Shown here in pieces: positions 8,630 to 16,254 of a stretch of 32,000 bases of DNA (its first letter is position 1; each line of letters starts with the position of its first letter). The notes beneath the pieces were generated by a model. That model had not been told where the DNA came from. It searched no databases and was given only the letters and a program-made list of their open reading frames with translations. The translations under genes and the position numbers were made by a program. The stretch comes from Nitrososphaera viennensis EN76 (lineage in GTDB: Archaea > Thermoproteota > Nitrososphaeria > Nitrososphaerales > Nitrososphaeraceae), in NCBI RefSeq assembly GCF_000698785.1, contig NZ_CP007536.1:1740001-1772000 (forward strand), given 5' to 3'.

Positions 8630-8917
8630 ATGAGCGAATCCCGCTACCCTGTTTCCGCCACGTTCAAGGTGCTTGACGGCCATGACGTCTACAGGAGCGA
8701 CAACCTGATAGTCGCGCTGGTGGTGGTAGAAAGCCAGTACGGCAGGGACCTCCGGCTCTACCGGTGGATGAAGCGCAAGGAGCAGTGGAAGGTCGACCTG
8801 TGCAGGATGAGCGTCAAGAGGTGGAAGTGGGCCGAGGTGGCGGCCAAGGCTTCAGAGTTTATCGAGAAATACAACCTGAAGGGACCCGCGGGTCCTGAGC
8901 CTGCAATAGAGGACTAG
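8630..8917 (+). CDS. hypothetical protein
   Basis: 95-aa ATG ORF with balanced composition and no competing ORF. No motif recognised. Confidence 0.45.
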   Translation: MSESRYPVSATFKVLDGHDVYRSDNLIVALVVVESQYGRDLRLYRWMKRKEQWKVDLCRMSVKRWKWAEVAAKASEFIEKYNLKGPAGPEPAIED

Positions 8918-9142
8918 TTGATAAAAATCTCTGTATAAGAAGAAGAACGCAACATTCTCATCATTATTATCTGCACGATAACTCTTTTCTATCATGCGGG
9001 CACATATGACACGTACTAATCATGATAAAGGTTGAGGAATTGGACGAGAACGTCAAACTCGATCAACAGCTAGAAGAAAAAGGATGGAAGGCCAGTAGTT
9101 TTTATCAACGTATTCAATGTAAAACCTCAGGACGTTGATAAA

Positions 9143-9397
9143 ATGCTCAAGGCTTGGGCGGAAGATGCCACATTTTTCAAGCAAAAGCCGGGGCTTATCT
9201 CCACGCAGCTTCACCGTGGCATAGGCGGAAGCACTGTTTTTGTCAATTATGCAGTATGGGAGCCGGCAGCGCACATGAAGCAGGCTGTTAGCGACCCTGC
9301 ATTTCGGGCAAGGCTTGCACACTATCCCGACGGGATCGTCAGCAGGCCGCACCTATTCAAAAAGGTCGCAGTGCCGGGAATCTGCGTAGAGTATTGA
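9143..9397 (+). CDS. antibiotic-biosynthesis-monooxygenase (ABM, ferredoxin-like) domain protein; the N-terminus is unresolved
   Basis: 84 aa from ATG. The ABM-like sequence continues upstream in frame (KKKDGRPVVFINVFNVKPQDVDK from 9074) with no ATG/GTG/TTG. An ATG at 9084 is in another frame. Confidence 0.6.
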   Translation: MLKAWAEDATFFKQKPGLISTQLHRGIGGSTVFVNYAVWEPAAHMKQAVSDPAFRARLAHYPDGIVSRPHLFKKVAVPGICVEY

Positions 9398-9443
9398 TTA
9401 ATAGTATCAAGCCTACATCCATGTCCATACACATTATAATTAA

Positions 9444-10016
9444 TTAGAATCCTTCCAGCTCCAGGTTTTGCCCGCCAAGCTCCTGTATCATCCACCACTC
9501 TATTCCGGCTGCCGCAAGCAGTATTGCCGCTGCTATGCCAAGCTCTATCAGCGTCGGTACAAGGTATTCGCGCCACGGCCTCTTTTTCACGAAATAATAG
9601 ATCAGCATCCCGCTCCTTGACATCGCAAGGCCGTACGTGACGACCTCCATTATGCCAAACGGGGTGATGAGGATGAGCTGGGGCGGTATGCCCTGCAGCG
9701 CCGGCGAGTCTTGCGCAAGCGCAGCAAAGACGTTGCCTGTGGCGTAGCCGGAAAACACTCCAAGGCCGATGCCAAGCCCCGGCACGAACATGCCAAGTGC
9801 GATCCTGACGTTGTTGACGAATATCCCGATGTCGTCAATGTCCTCTATCTGCGACGAAAACGAGTCGCGGACCTCCTTGGCCTCTTCCGGCGTCATCTGC
9901 ACGGCCGCGCCGGCAGAGTACGCCGCAAAGAAGACGATTGCGCCTATCGCCACAAACAGCAGACGGCGCTTTATGTTAAAACGCGACACACTGCTATTGC
10001 TATAAAACCTACCCAC
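9444..10016 (-). CDS. SpoIIM-like (DUF95) integral membrane protein
   Basis: 190 aa. N-terminal TM, IFVNNVRIALGMFVPGLGIGLGVFSGYATGNVF and further TM helices are typical of the stage II sporulation M-like family. Confidence 0.62.
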   Translation of the reverse strand: MGRFYSNSSVSRFNIKRRLLFVAIGAIVFFAAYSAGAAVQMTPEEAKEVRDSFSSQIEDIDDIGIFVNNVRIALGMFVPGLGIGLGVFSGYATGNVFAALAQDSPALQGIPPQLILITPFGIMEVVTYGLAMSRSGMLIYYFVKKRPWREYLVPTLIELGIAAAILLAAAGIEWWMIQELGGQNLELEGF

Positions 10017-10103
10017 CTAAAAATAAATGCACACACACCCGCACAAACTTGTAAATGCACAACATAAGCTTGTTTTTATTCTTGGCAAGCTCTAGGTAGT
10101 GCG

Positions 10104-11381
10104 GTGAACCATACCGCCGCAACAATCGGCACCACGATTTTCCCGCAGTTTTTCGCGCCCGGAAACGGTCCGACAGATTTCATCGTCCAGGACTTTGCGG
10201 TGGTCATGATAGTCGCCGCCGTCATGATTGCCATCACCTACAAGCTGAAGCAGCCTATGGTAATCGGCTACATACTTGCAGGCATACTCATCGGCCCCTA
10301 TACGCCGCCTTTCAGCCTGGTCAGGGACGCTAGCACCATAAACGTGCTGGCAGAGCTCGGCATAATCATGCTGCTCTTCGTGGTGGGCACGGAATTTCCG
10401 ATGGCAAAGCTGCGGTCGGTGGGGAGGGTGTCGTTCGTGGTTGCAATGGCAGAGACGCTTGGAACGCTCTTTATCGTATTCTTTATCGCGCAGTACCTCG
10501 GCTTTACGTTCTTTGACTCGCTGTTCCTCGGCCTGGCGCTTTCCATCACCAGCACCGTCGTGACCGTGAGGATACTTGAGGAGCTGGGCATGATAAAGGA
10601 CAAGTCGTCCATCTTGCTGCTCGGCATTTCCGTGGTGGAGGACATCCTGGCCATCAGCATCCTTGCCGTCCTGCAATCGCTTGCGGCAAACGGCGGCCAG
10701 GTGGAGCCCCTGACTCTGGCAGTTTCAATCGGCATAGTGGCCGCGTTCATCGGAGGCGTCCTGTTCCTGGGGTCGCGCTTTTTCCCCAAAATAATCGACA
10801 GGGCCGGCAAGACAAACGACTATGCGCTCCTTCTCATAGTCATCCTCGGCCTCGCGTTCGGGCTTTCTTTTATCGCAAACGGCATAGGGCTGTCGGTGGC
10901 GACCGGCGCCTTTCTTGCCGGCGTGCTTGTGGCCGAGTCCAATAGCGCGGCAGTCGCAAGGATACTGACCCTGCCGCTGCGCGACATGTTTGCCGCCATA
11001 TTCTTTGTCTCCATCGGCGCGCTCATGGACATCCGGGTCCTGCCGGACTACATACTTCCTGCCGCGATACTGATATTCACCTCGTTTGGGGCCAAGTTCC
11101 TCATCGTGACTGGCATACTGACTCGTGCAAAATACGACAGCGTCACCGCGCTCCGGACAGGGTTTGGCATGTCTGCTGCAAAGGGAGAGCTGTCGCTCGT
11201 GGTGGTCAAGGGAGGGCAGGACGTAGGGGCCATCAGTCCGACCATACTGCCACTGCTTGGCGTCGTGACCATCGTGACTACGTTTCTGGCGCCCTATATC
11301 ATCAGGTTCGGGAGCAGGATCAGGATGCAGAGCAGCGGCGGCGATGATGATAACAAGCCCGCGGAAGAAAAGGCCGGCTAA
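10104..11381 (+). CDS. cation:proton antiporter, CPA2 (Kef/NapA-type Na+/H+ or K+/H+ exchanger), no KTN domain
   Basis: 425 aa with about 12 TM helices. Blocks QPMVIGYILAGILIGP, LLFVVGTEF and AFLAGVLVAES are characteristic of the Na_H_exchanger family. Confidence 0.85.
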   Translation: MNHTAATIGTTIFPQFFAPGNGPTDFIVQDFAVVMIVAAVMIAITYKLKQPMVIGYILAGILIGPYTPPFSLVRDASTINVLAELGIIMLLFVVGTEFPMAKLRSVGRVSFVVAMAETLGTLFIVFFIAQYLGFTFFDSLFLGLALSITSTVVTVRILEELGMIKDKSSILLLGISVVEDILAISILAVLQSLAANGGQVEPLTLAVSIGIVAAFIGGVLFLGSRFFPKIIDRAGKTNDYALLLIVILGLAFGLSFIANGIGLSVATGAFLAGVLVAESNSAAVARILTLPLRDMFAAIFFVSIGALMDIRVLPDYILPAAILIFTSFGAKFLIVTGILTRAKYDSVTALRTGFGMSAAKGELSLVVVKGGQDVGAISPTILPLLGVVTIVTTFLAPYIIRFGSRIRMQSSGGDDDNKPAEEKAG

Positions 11382-12073
11382 CGGAACTTTTTGCGCGCAA
11401 TCATCGCGACCATGGCAGCGCCGGCAAAGGTTGCCGTCCAGTACAGCCACAAATCTGCAACAAAGCCGGAGAGCAGCGCCGGCGCAAGCGACCTTGCCGG
11501 GTTCATCGACGCGCCCGACACGAACGACAGGAACAGTATGTCAAGGCCCACCATGCCGCCGATGGCTACGCCACTGAAACCTTTCAGACCTTTTGTGTAC
11601 ACAACGGCATAGATGATTGCCATCAAGAGCGCGGTGGCAAGGACTTCTACCGCTATTATGAGGGGGAGCGGAAACGAATAGTCGGGCGCGTTTGCCCCCA
11701 AGTTTGCCTCGGTGCCTATCGCAAAGGCGACAAACGCGCTTGCCAGTAGCGCGCCGATTATTTCTGCCGCAAAATACACGGGGAACTGGCGGGGCACAAT
11801 GTGGCCTGTTATCAGAAAGCCAAGCGTCACGGCAGGGTTGAAATGCGCCATCGATATTTTCCCAAAGGCGTACACCATCAGCGCGACCGCGATCGCAGGG
11901 CATATTGCGGCAAAGGGCGTGCCAAGGGTGCTGCCGCCAAGCCTGGCGTCAATCACGACAGAGCCGGTGGCAAGGACGACTACCACAAACGTGCCGGCAA
12001 GCTCGGCAAGGAACCTCTTTCTGTCCGAGGCCAGCCTAGCTGCTGTTGCTACTTTTTTCGAGGTCTCTGACAA
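11378..12073 (-). CDS. MIP-family channel (aquaporin/aquaglyceroporin), likely arsenite/metalloid channel given context
   Basis: 231 aa with two NPA boxes (HFNPAVTLG, MNPARSLAP) and 6 TM helices. Its 5' end overlaps the arsC 3' end by 38 nt. Confidence 0.85.
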   Translation of the reverse strand: MSETSKKVATAARLASDRKRFLAELAGTFVVVVLATGSVVIDARLGGSTLGTPFAAICPAIAVALMVYAFGKISMAHFNPAVTLGFLITGHIVPRQFPVYFAAEIIGALLASAFVAFAIGTEANLGANAPDYSFPLPLIIAVEVLATALLMAIIYAVVYTKGLKGFSGVAIGGMVGLDILFLSFVSGASMNPARSLAPALLSGFVADLWLYWTATFAGAAMVAMIARKKFR

Positions 12074-12467
12074 GCTCTTTTACTCTTCTCTCAATGTCGT
12101 CGCGGATGAGGCGCACCCTTTCAATAGGCTTGCCCTTTGGGTCCTCCACGCCCCAGTCTACAGGGTTGTTCAGGAACAAGAGCGGGCATTCAGACCTGTC
12201 CATGCAGCCCATGTTGACCGCCTTGATAGAGTTGCGTACCATGTCGTCGTCTATCACCTTGCTCTTTTGCCCGCTGATGTCTATTCCTGCCTCCTTCATG
12301 GCCTGCACCGCAAGCGGGTTTATCTCTTGCGCCGGCCGCGTCCCGGCGCTTATCGCCCTGTAGCCTTTTGGCGCGTATTTCCGGAAAAAGCCCTCTGCCA
12401 TCTGGCTCCTGCCGGCGTTTTCGACGCACACGAAAAGCACCGTCTTTTCCTGCTGCTGTTTTGTCAT
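12036..12467 (-). CDS. arsC: arsenate reductase, LMW-PTPase (thioredoxin-coupled) type
   Basis: 143 aa. P-loop VLFVCVENAGRSQMAEG (CxxNxxRS) plus downstream Cys pair GCMDRSECP. Confidence 0.85.
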   Translation of the reverse strand: MTKQQQEKTVLFVCVENAGRSQMAEGFFRKYAPKGYRAISAGTRPAQEINPLAVQAMKEAGIDISGQKSKVIDDDMVRNSIKAVNMGCMDRSECPLLFLNNPVDWGVEDPKGKPIERVRLIRDDIERRVKELVRDLEKSSNSS

Positions 12468-13229
12468 TTATTTCACGGCCCTTACCACTATGCTTGACAG
12501 CTTGCGCCCGTCCATTTCAATGTAGGGTCGCTCCTCAAGCACGCTTACGCCCTCAAAGCCTGCCTTCTTGATGGCGGCGATATAGTTTTCCTTTGTGAGC
12601 GCGCCGTCGATGCAGCTGCACCATTTTTCCGGGTCAGCCTGCGTGACTTCCCTGTCTGCGGCGATGTCAGAGATGACCATCCTGCCACCTTTTTTCAGCA
12701 CCCTGTGGATCTCGGAAAATGTCTTTGCCTTGTCAAAAGTCAGGTTGATGACGCAGTTGCTTATCACGGCATCGGCGCTTGCGTCGCCAAGCGGTATCCG
12801 CTCCTCGATGTCGCCCTTTCTGAACTCGACGTTTGCATAGCCGTGCTCGCTTGCGTTTTTCCTCGCCTTTGCGAGCATCTCGTCGGTCATGTCGATGCCG
12901 ATCGCCCTGCCGCCTGCGCCGACGCGCCTGGCAGACAGGAACACGTCAATGCCGGCCCCGGAGCCAAGGTCCACGACGGTCTCGCCTTCCTTCAGCCCCG
13001 CAAAATTCAATGGCGCGCCGCATCCTGCGCCCAGCATGGCTGCTTCAGGCACAGACGCCAGGTCTTCTCTGCTGTATCCGATGGCGCCTGCGCTCTCTAT
13101 TGGTGATGATGATGACATCGTGCCGCACCCGCATTCGCCGGGCCCGCAGCATGAATCCTGCAACAGTGCGACCCTGCCGTACTTTTCTCTCACTTTTTCC
13201 TTGATGTTCCCGTTGTTGTCGTTGTTCAT
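12468..13229 (-). CDS. arsM: arsenite S-adenosylmethionine methyltransferase
   Basis: 253 aa. KEKVREKYG..., Cys-rich N-terminus (SCCGPGECGCG), SAM motif VVDLGSGAGID, conserved Cys in ISNCVINL and WCSCIDGA. The stop abuts the arsC start. Confidence 0.85.
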   Translation of the reverse strand: MNNDNNGNIKEKVREKYGRVALLQDSCCGPGECGCGTMSSSSPIESAGAIGYSREDLASVPEAAMLGAGCGAPLNFAGLKEGETVVDLGSGAGIDVFLSARRVGAGGRAIGIDMTDEMLAKARKNASEHGYANVEFRKGDIEERIPLGDASADAVISNCVINLTFDKAKTFSEIHRVLKKGGRMVISDIAADREVTQADPEKWCSCIDGALTKENYIAAIKKAGFEGVSVLEERPYIEMDGRKLSSIVVRAVK

Positions 13230-13247
13230 GCCAATGCTTTACTAGAG

Positions 13248-13262
13248 AAACTATTTAAGTTG
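13248..13262. promoter_or_regulatory. shared AT-rich TATA-like element (AAACTATTTAAGTTG) in the 64-bp divergent arsM/hxlR-type intergenic region
   Basis: About 26 nt from ATG 13229 (-; leaderless-type spacing) and about 39 nt from ATG 13294 (+). Confidence 0.35.
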
Positions 13263-13293
13263 TAAAGAGGAAACAAATACAGCTGGTGTAAAG

Positions 13294-13674
13294 ATGGAAA
13301 CCAAGAATAAACTGCCGATGGTCAACGGCTGCGGCTTTGACGGCTATGACGCCACCTCTCTCATGTCTGAAACCGCGAGGCTGCGCAGGATAATAACGAA
13401 AAGGGGCACGCTTGAGATCCTGATACCGCTGTGCTGCACCACCGAGCCGGTGCGCTACAAACAGTTCCGGGGCGCCATAAAGGGAGTAAGCAGCAAGACA
13501 CTTGCAATCCGGCTAAAAGAGCTGGAAAAAGGCGGCATACTGGAGCGCAAGGCGTACAGCGAGATCCCGCCCCGCGTCGAGTACAGGCTGACGCCAAAGG
13601 GTCAGGAGCTCGTCGAGTCTGTCATCAACCTGCTCCAGTGGATGAAAAAGTGGTCGTCATCATCAGGCGCATAG
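13294..13674 (+). CDS. HxlR-family winged-helix transcriptional regulator
   Basis: 126 aa. RYKQFRGAIKGVSSKTLAIRLKELEKGGILERKAYSEIPPRVEYRLTPKGQEL is a textbook HxlR wHTH. It has exactly three Cys (C13, C47, C48). Confidence 0.85.
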   Translation: METKNKLPMVNGCGFDGYDATSLMSETARLRRIITKRGTLEILIPLCCTTEPVRYKQFRGAIKGVSSKTLAIRLKELEKGGILERKAYSEIPPRVEYRLTPKGQELVESVINLLQWMKKWSSSSGA

Positions 13675-14178
13675 CGACGACACCGGCGGCGCAAACCCCG
13701 GCATGTCGTACGAAGAGGAGAGCATCTCCATCATGCGCTCCTGTTCTTTGCGCCTCCTCTGCTCAAGCATCAGGCCGGCGATGTTCTTTGACCGCTCAAG
13801 GTGGTCAAAGACGATGGTCGTGCAGCAGTCCATGCCTGCAAGGAGCCTGCCGATGACCGAAACGATCCTGCGCATGAGCGAGTCCCTTATCTGCGTCGTG
13901 CCGCGGAGCTGGTCCACTGTTGTTTTCGAGTCGCTCCTCACCTCGACTACGATGCGCCTCTTGCTTGAGCGCCTTAGGGCCCTGCGTATGTGCGCAAGGT
14001 TGTCCCTGAGCGCGAAATAGATGGCCAAAAGCTCCATCCGCTGCACACCAAACCGCTCGTTCTTTGGCGAGGGGCGGACGGGCCTTATCGTACCCTTCTC
14101 GGTATGATGGTTGTACCAGGCTATGTAGCCGGACGGGGAGGCGTCAGCATCTATGACAACGATTGAGTGCTGCCTCAC
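13663..14178 (-). CDS. RNase H (type 1)-like domain protein with a C-terminal extension
   Basis: 171 aa with a GTG start. DEDD-like pattern: VVIDADAS, MELLAIYFAL, VRSDSKTTV, FDHLERSKNIAGLML. A TATA-like CATATATC lies about 30 nt upstream. The 3' end overlaps the hxlR-type gene by 12 nt (convergent). Confidence 0.5.
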   Translation of the reverse strand: MRQHSIVVIDADASPSGYIAWYNHHTEKGTIRPVRPSPKNERFGVQRMELLAIYFALRDNLAHIRRALRRSSKRRIVVEVRSDSKTTVDQLRGTTQIRDSLMRRIVSVIGRLLAGMDCCTTIVFDHLERSKNIAGLMLEQRRRKEQERMMEMLSSSYDMPGFAPPVSSLCA

Positions 14179-14284
14179 GTGCCTTGTATCGGCTCCGGGC
14201 GATATATGTGCATATTCGATGAAGAGGATTTGCCGCAGGTAGAATCAATTTTGACAACGGGGATCATATGGCATAGTAGTGGTG

Positions 14285-14330
14285 GCAGGGCAGGGGAGAG
14301 GAAAAGAAAGAGATGAAGAAGAGGAAAAGG
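14285..14330 (-). terminator. polypyrimidine/oligo-T tract on the minus strand (purine-rich on plus), about 330 nt downstream of the CHAD stop
   Basis: Minus strand reads ccttttcctcttcttcatctctttcttttcctctcccctgccctg. Same composition as the tracts after plus-strand genes. Confidence 0.3.
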
Positions 14331-14659
14331 TTGATGGTGTGGCCCCGCAGCGTCATTATGGTGCCTCTGCTGCCGGGGTTTCCAGTCAACCTCGTACGCA
14401 GGATAGCAGGAAGACTTGAGAGGGCGCAAGAGAAAAGCCTGCCCGACATAGAATATGTCTAGGCAGTAGATCTATGTGCCGGGCATAGGCAAGCGAAAAG
14501 TAATCGTTGTTTTGCGAAGGGCCGCGCATGCCGCCGGACACCTGCTGCAGGGCGTGCCGTAGCTGCGGCGGGGGAAAAGCTGCGTGGCTGCGCGCACTGC
14601 TCGACAATGCTGGATGGCAGCAGCATAACGCACGGCCCCGGCTGCACGCACGCGCGCGT

Positions 14660-15493
14660 CTAGCTTACCATCCTTGTAAATTTTTCATAAAGCGCGTCCC
14701 TTTCGTCCTTTTCCTTCTGCAAAATAGCCTCTGCGCCCTTGGCGTTCTGAAGGTATTCTATTGTGATGTCGCAGTCGCGTATCAGTCCGAGCGTGCCCTG
14801 CAGCTCCTTGAGCATTGCCATGGCATTCCTCCTGCTTCTGCTGTTGCTGCCGCTGCTGCCGCCGGCGACCCTTGCTATGGCCCTGCCGTACTTTTTCCTG
14901 CGGCCGGCAGGAAGGATCTCAAGCACGTAGCGCAGCTTTTTCATGTCCTTGCGCAGCTCGTGCAGCTCCTCCTTTTTGCTGCTGTCGCCTACTACCACCG
15001 GCAGGCGCGCTTCAATCGCGAAAACCAGCCTCCCGGCGACCTTGTCCATCCTCCCGGCAAGCTTGTCTCCGTCAATGTTCTTTGCGCTTGCAGCCGCCGG
15101 CAGCATCATCATCTTTTTCTTTTCCACCGAGCGCGCCAGCGCAAGGGCGCGGCCAAGCGCGGCTTTTCTCCTGCCTGCAATCGCGTCCACGACAAACGGC
15201 CCACCCCCGAGGGCTGTGATCCTTGCCCTGACTATGTCAAGGTCGCGCACGCGGCTGTTGGCCCGGAAAAACGCCTTGCACGCGTCCGCCTGCTTCCTGT
15301 TCCTTTTGCGCTCTTTTTTTGGCAGGAGCGAAAACGCCGCCTCAAGGCGCCGGAGGGACGTCCGCATGCTGTGCACGTTCTCCTCGTCGCCGGGGTCGCG
15401 CAGGTACGCGGCAAGCCTCTTTTTCACGCGCACTCCGCTTGTTTCAAAGTTTTTCGCAAATTGCGCCCCGTCTGGTGTCATCATCAGCATCAT
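14660..15493 (-). CDS. CHAD-domain protein (polyphosphate-associated helical domain)
   Basis: 277 aa, helical and basic. Contains the paired CHAD blocks NVHSMRTSLRRLEAAFSLL and ELHELRKDMKKLRYVLEIL. Confidence 0.8.
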   Translation of the reverse strand: MMLMMTPDGAQFAKNFETSGVRVKKRLAAYLRDPGDEENVHSMRTSLRRLEAAFSLLPKKERKRNRKQADACKAFFRANSRVRDLDIVRARITALGGGPFVVDAIAGRRKAALGRALALARSVEKKKMMMLPAAASAKNIDGDKLAGRMDKVAGRLVFAIEARLPVVVGDSSKKEELHELRKDMKKLRYVLEILPAGRRKKYGRAIARVAGGSSGSNSRSRRNAMAMLKELQGTLGLIRDCDITIEYLQNAKGAEAILQKEKDERDALYEKFTRMVS

Positions 15494-15495
15494 CG

Positions 15496-16254
15496 CTAAA
15501 GCGCCGCCAACCTGCCTGCGCGCGCCGATTCCAAAAAGGCGTCGATGCGCTTTTGCAGGTCGGCGTTTGTCTCCGGTATAGACCTGTTGCCGTCTATTAT
15601 CACGAGGTTGTAGCGCTTTTGCATCCTGCGGAACTCTTTGGCGATCATGGTCTGGTACTTTATGAAAGACTCGAACATGTCGTCAGAAAGCCCCATGTCG
15701 GCGCCAGACTCGTAGTAGTCGAGGTACGCGTTCTTTTGAAAGACGCGGTGGACCAGCTCCTCCGGCCTGACATCGAGGTAGAACACCAGGTCTGGCACTA
15801 TTGCAAAGGAGAACAGGTTGTGCGACCAGCGCCTGCTGATGCCCCTTACCGCTTCCCTTGCAAGCAGCGTGTAGATATAGCGATCGGCAAGCACGATGTA
15901 CCCTGCGCGCAGCGCCGGGATTATCTTGTTTTCAAGCTGGTCCGCAAAATCGGCCGCGTAAAAGAGCGAGAGCGTCTTTCTGCCGGCAAAATTCCTCTTG
16001 GCCTCCAGTATCCCCTCGCTTATCAGCTCCGACCGCTTCAAGCCCGTGTTGAGCACGGCGTGCCCCGCGGCTTCAAGCTTGGCCGTTATCAGCCCAATCT
16101 GGGTGCTCCTGCCGGACGCGTCGGGCCCCTCTATCACTATGAGCCTGCCCTTGATCTCGGTATCGTCGATGTAGGGTATGCCGTGGCCGTAGAACTGGAT
16201 GGTCCTTCCTGCTGCCTGGCTTGCTGCTGCCGCCATCCTGCTGCTGCGCCTCAC
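15496..16254 (-). CDS. thymidylate-kinase-like P-loop protein, paralog B (degenerate Walker A GPDASGRST); candidate polyphosphate kinase subunit
   Basis: 252 aa. dTMPK-fold blocks LIVIEGPDASGRSTQ, LFYAADFADQ, LRAGYIVLADRYIYT. 4-nt overlap with the upstream paralog and a 2-nt gap to the CHAD gene. Confidence 0.8.
   Translation of the reverse strand: MRRSSRMAAAASQAAGRTIQFYGHGIPYIDDTEIKGRLIVIEGPDASGRSTQIGLITAKLEAAGHAVLNTGLKRSELISEGILEAKRNFAGRKTLSLFYAADFADQLENKIIPALRAGYIVLADRYIYTLLAREAVRGISRRWSHNLFSFAIVPDLVFYLDVRPEELVHRVFQKNAYLDYYESGADMGLSDDMFESFIKYQTMIAKEFRRMQKRYNLVIIDGNRSIPETNADLQKRIDAFLESARAGRLAAL
15868..15911. repeat. 44-nt segment identical to 16647..16690 (within the paralogous dTMPK-like genes)
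   Basis: cgtgtagatatagcgatcggcaagcacgatgtaccctgcgcgca occurs in both genes. On the minus strand it encodes the shared LRAGYIVLADRYIYT block. Confidence 0.9.

Noticed and set aside
14340-14660. Possible RNase P RNA or SRP (7S) RNA in the structured GC-rich gap
   Set aside because: I could not find the universal signatures on either strand: GAGGAAAGUCC / ACAGAAnnCGGCUUA for RNase P, and the GNAR-tetraloop GGAAG...AGCA helix-8 motif for SRP. Only weak partial resemblances exist (AGAGAAAAGCC, UAGCUUACC). It is kept only as an unclassified structured region.
14507-15499. 330-aa plus-strand ORF overlapping the CHAD gene
   Set aside because: It is antisense to a gene with clear CHAD motifs. The product is Arg/Ala/Pro/Cys-rich low complexity with no motifs. 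This is a typical GC-driven shadow ORF.
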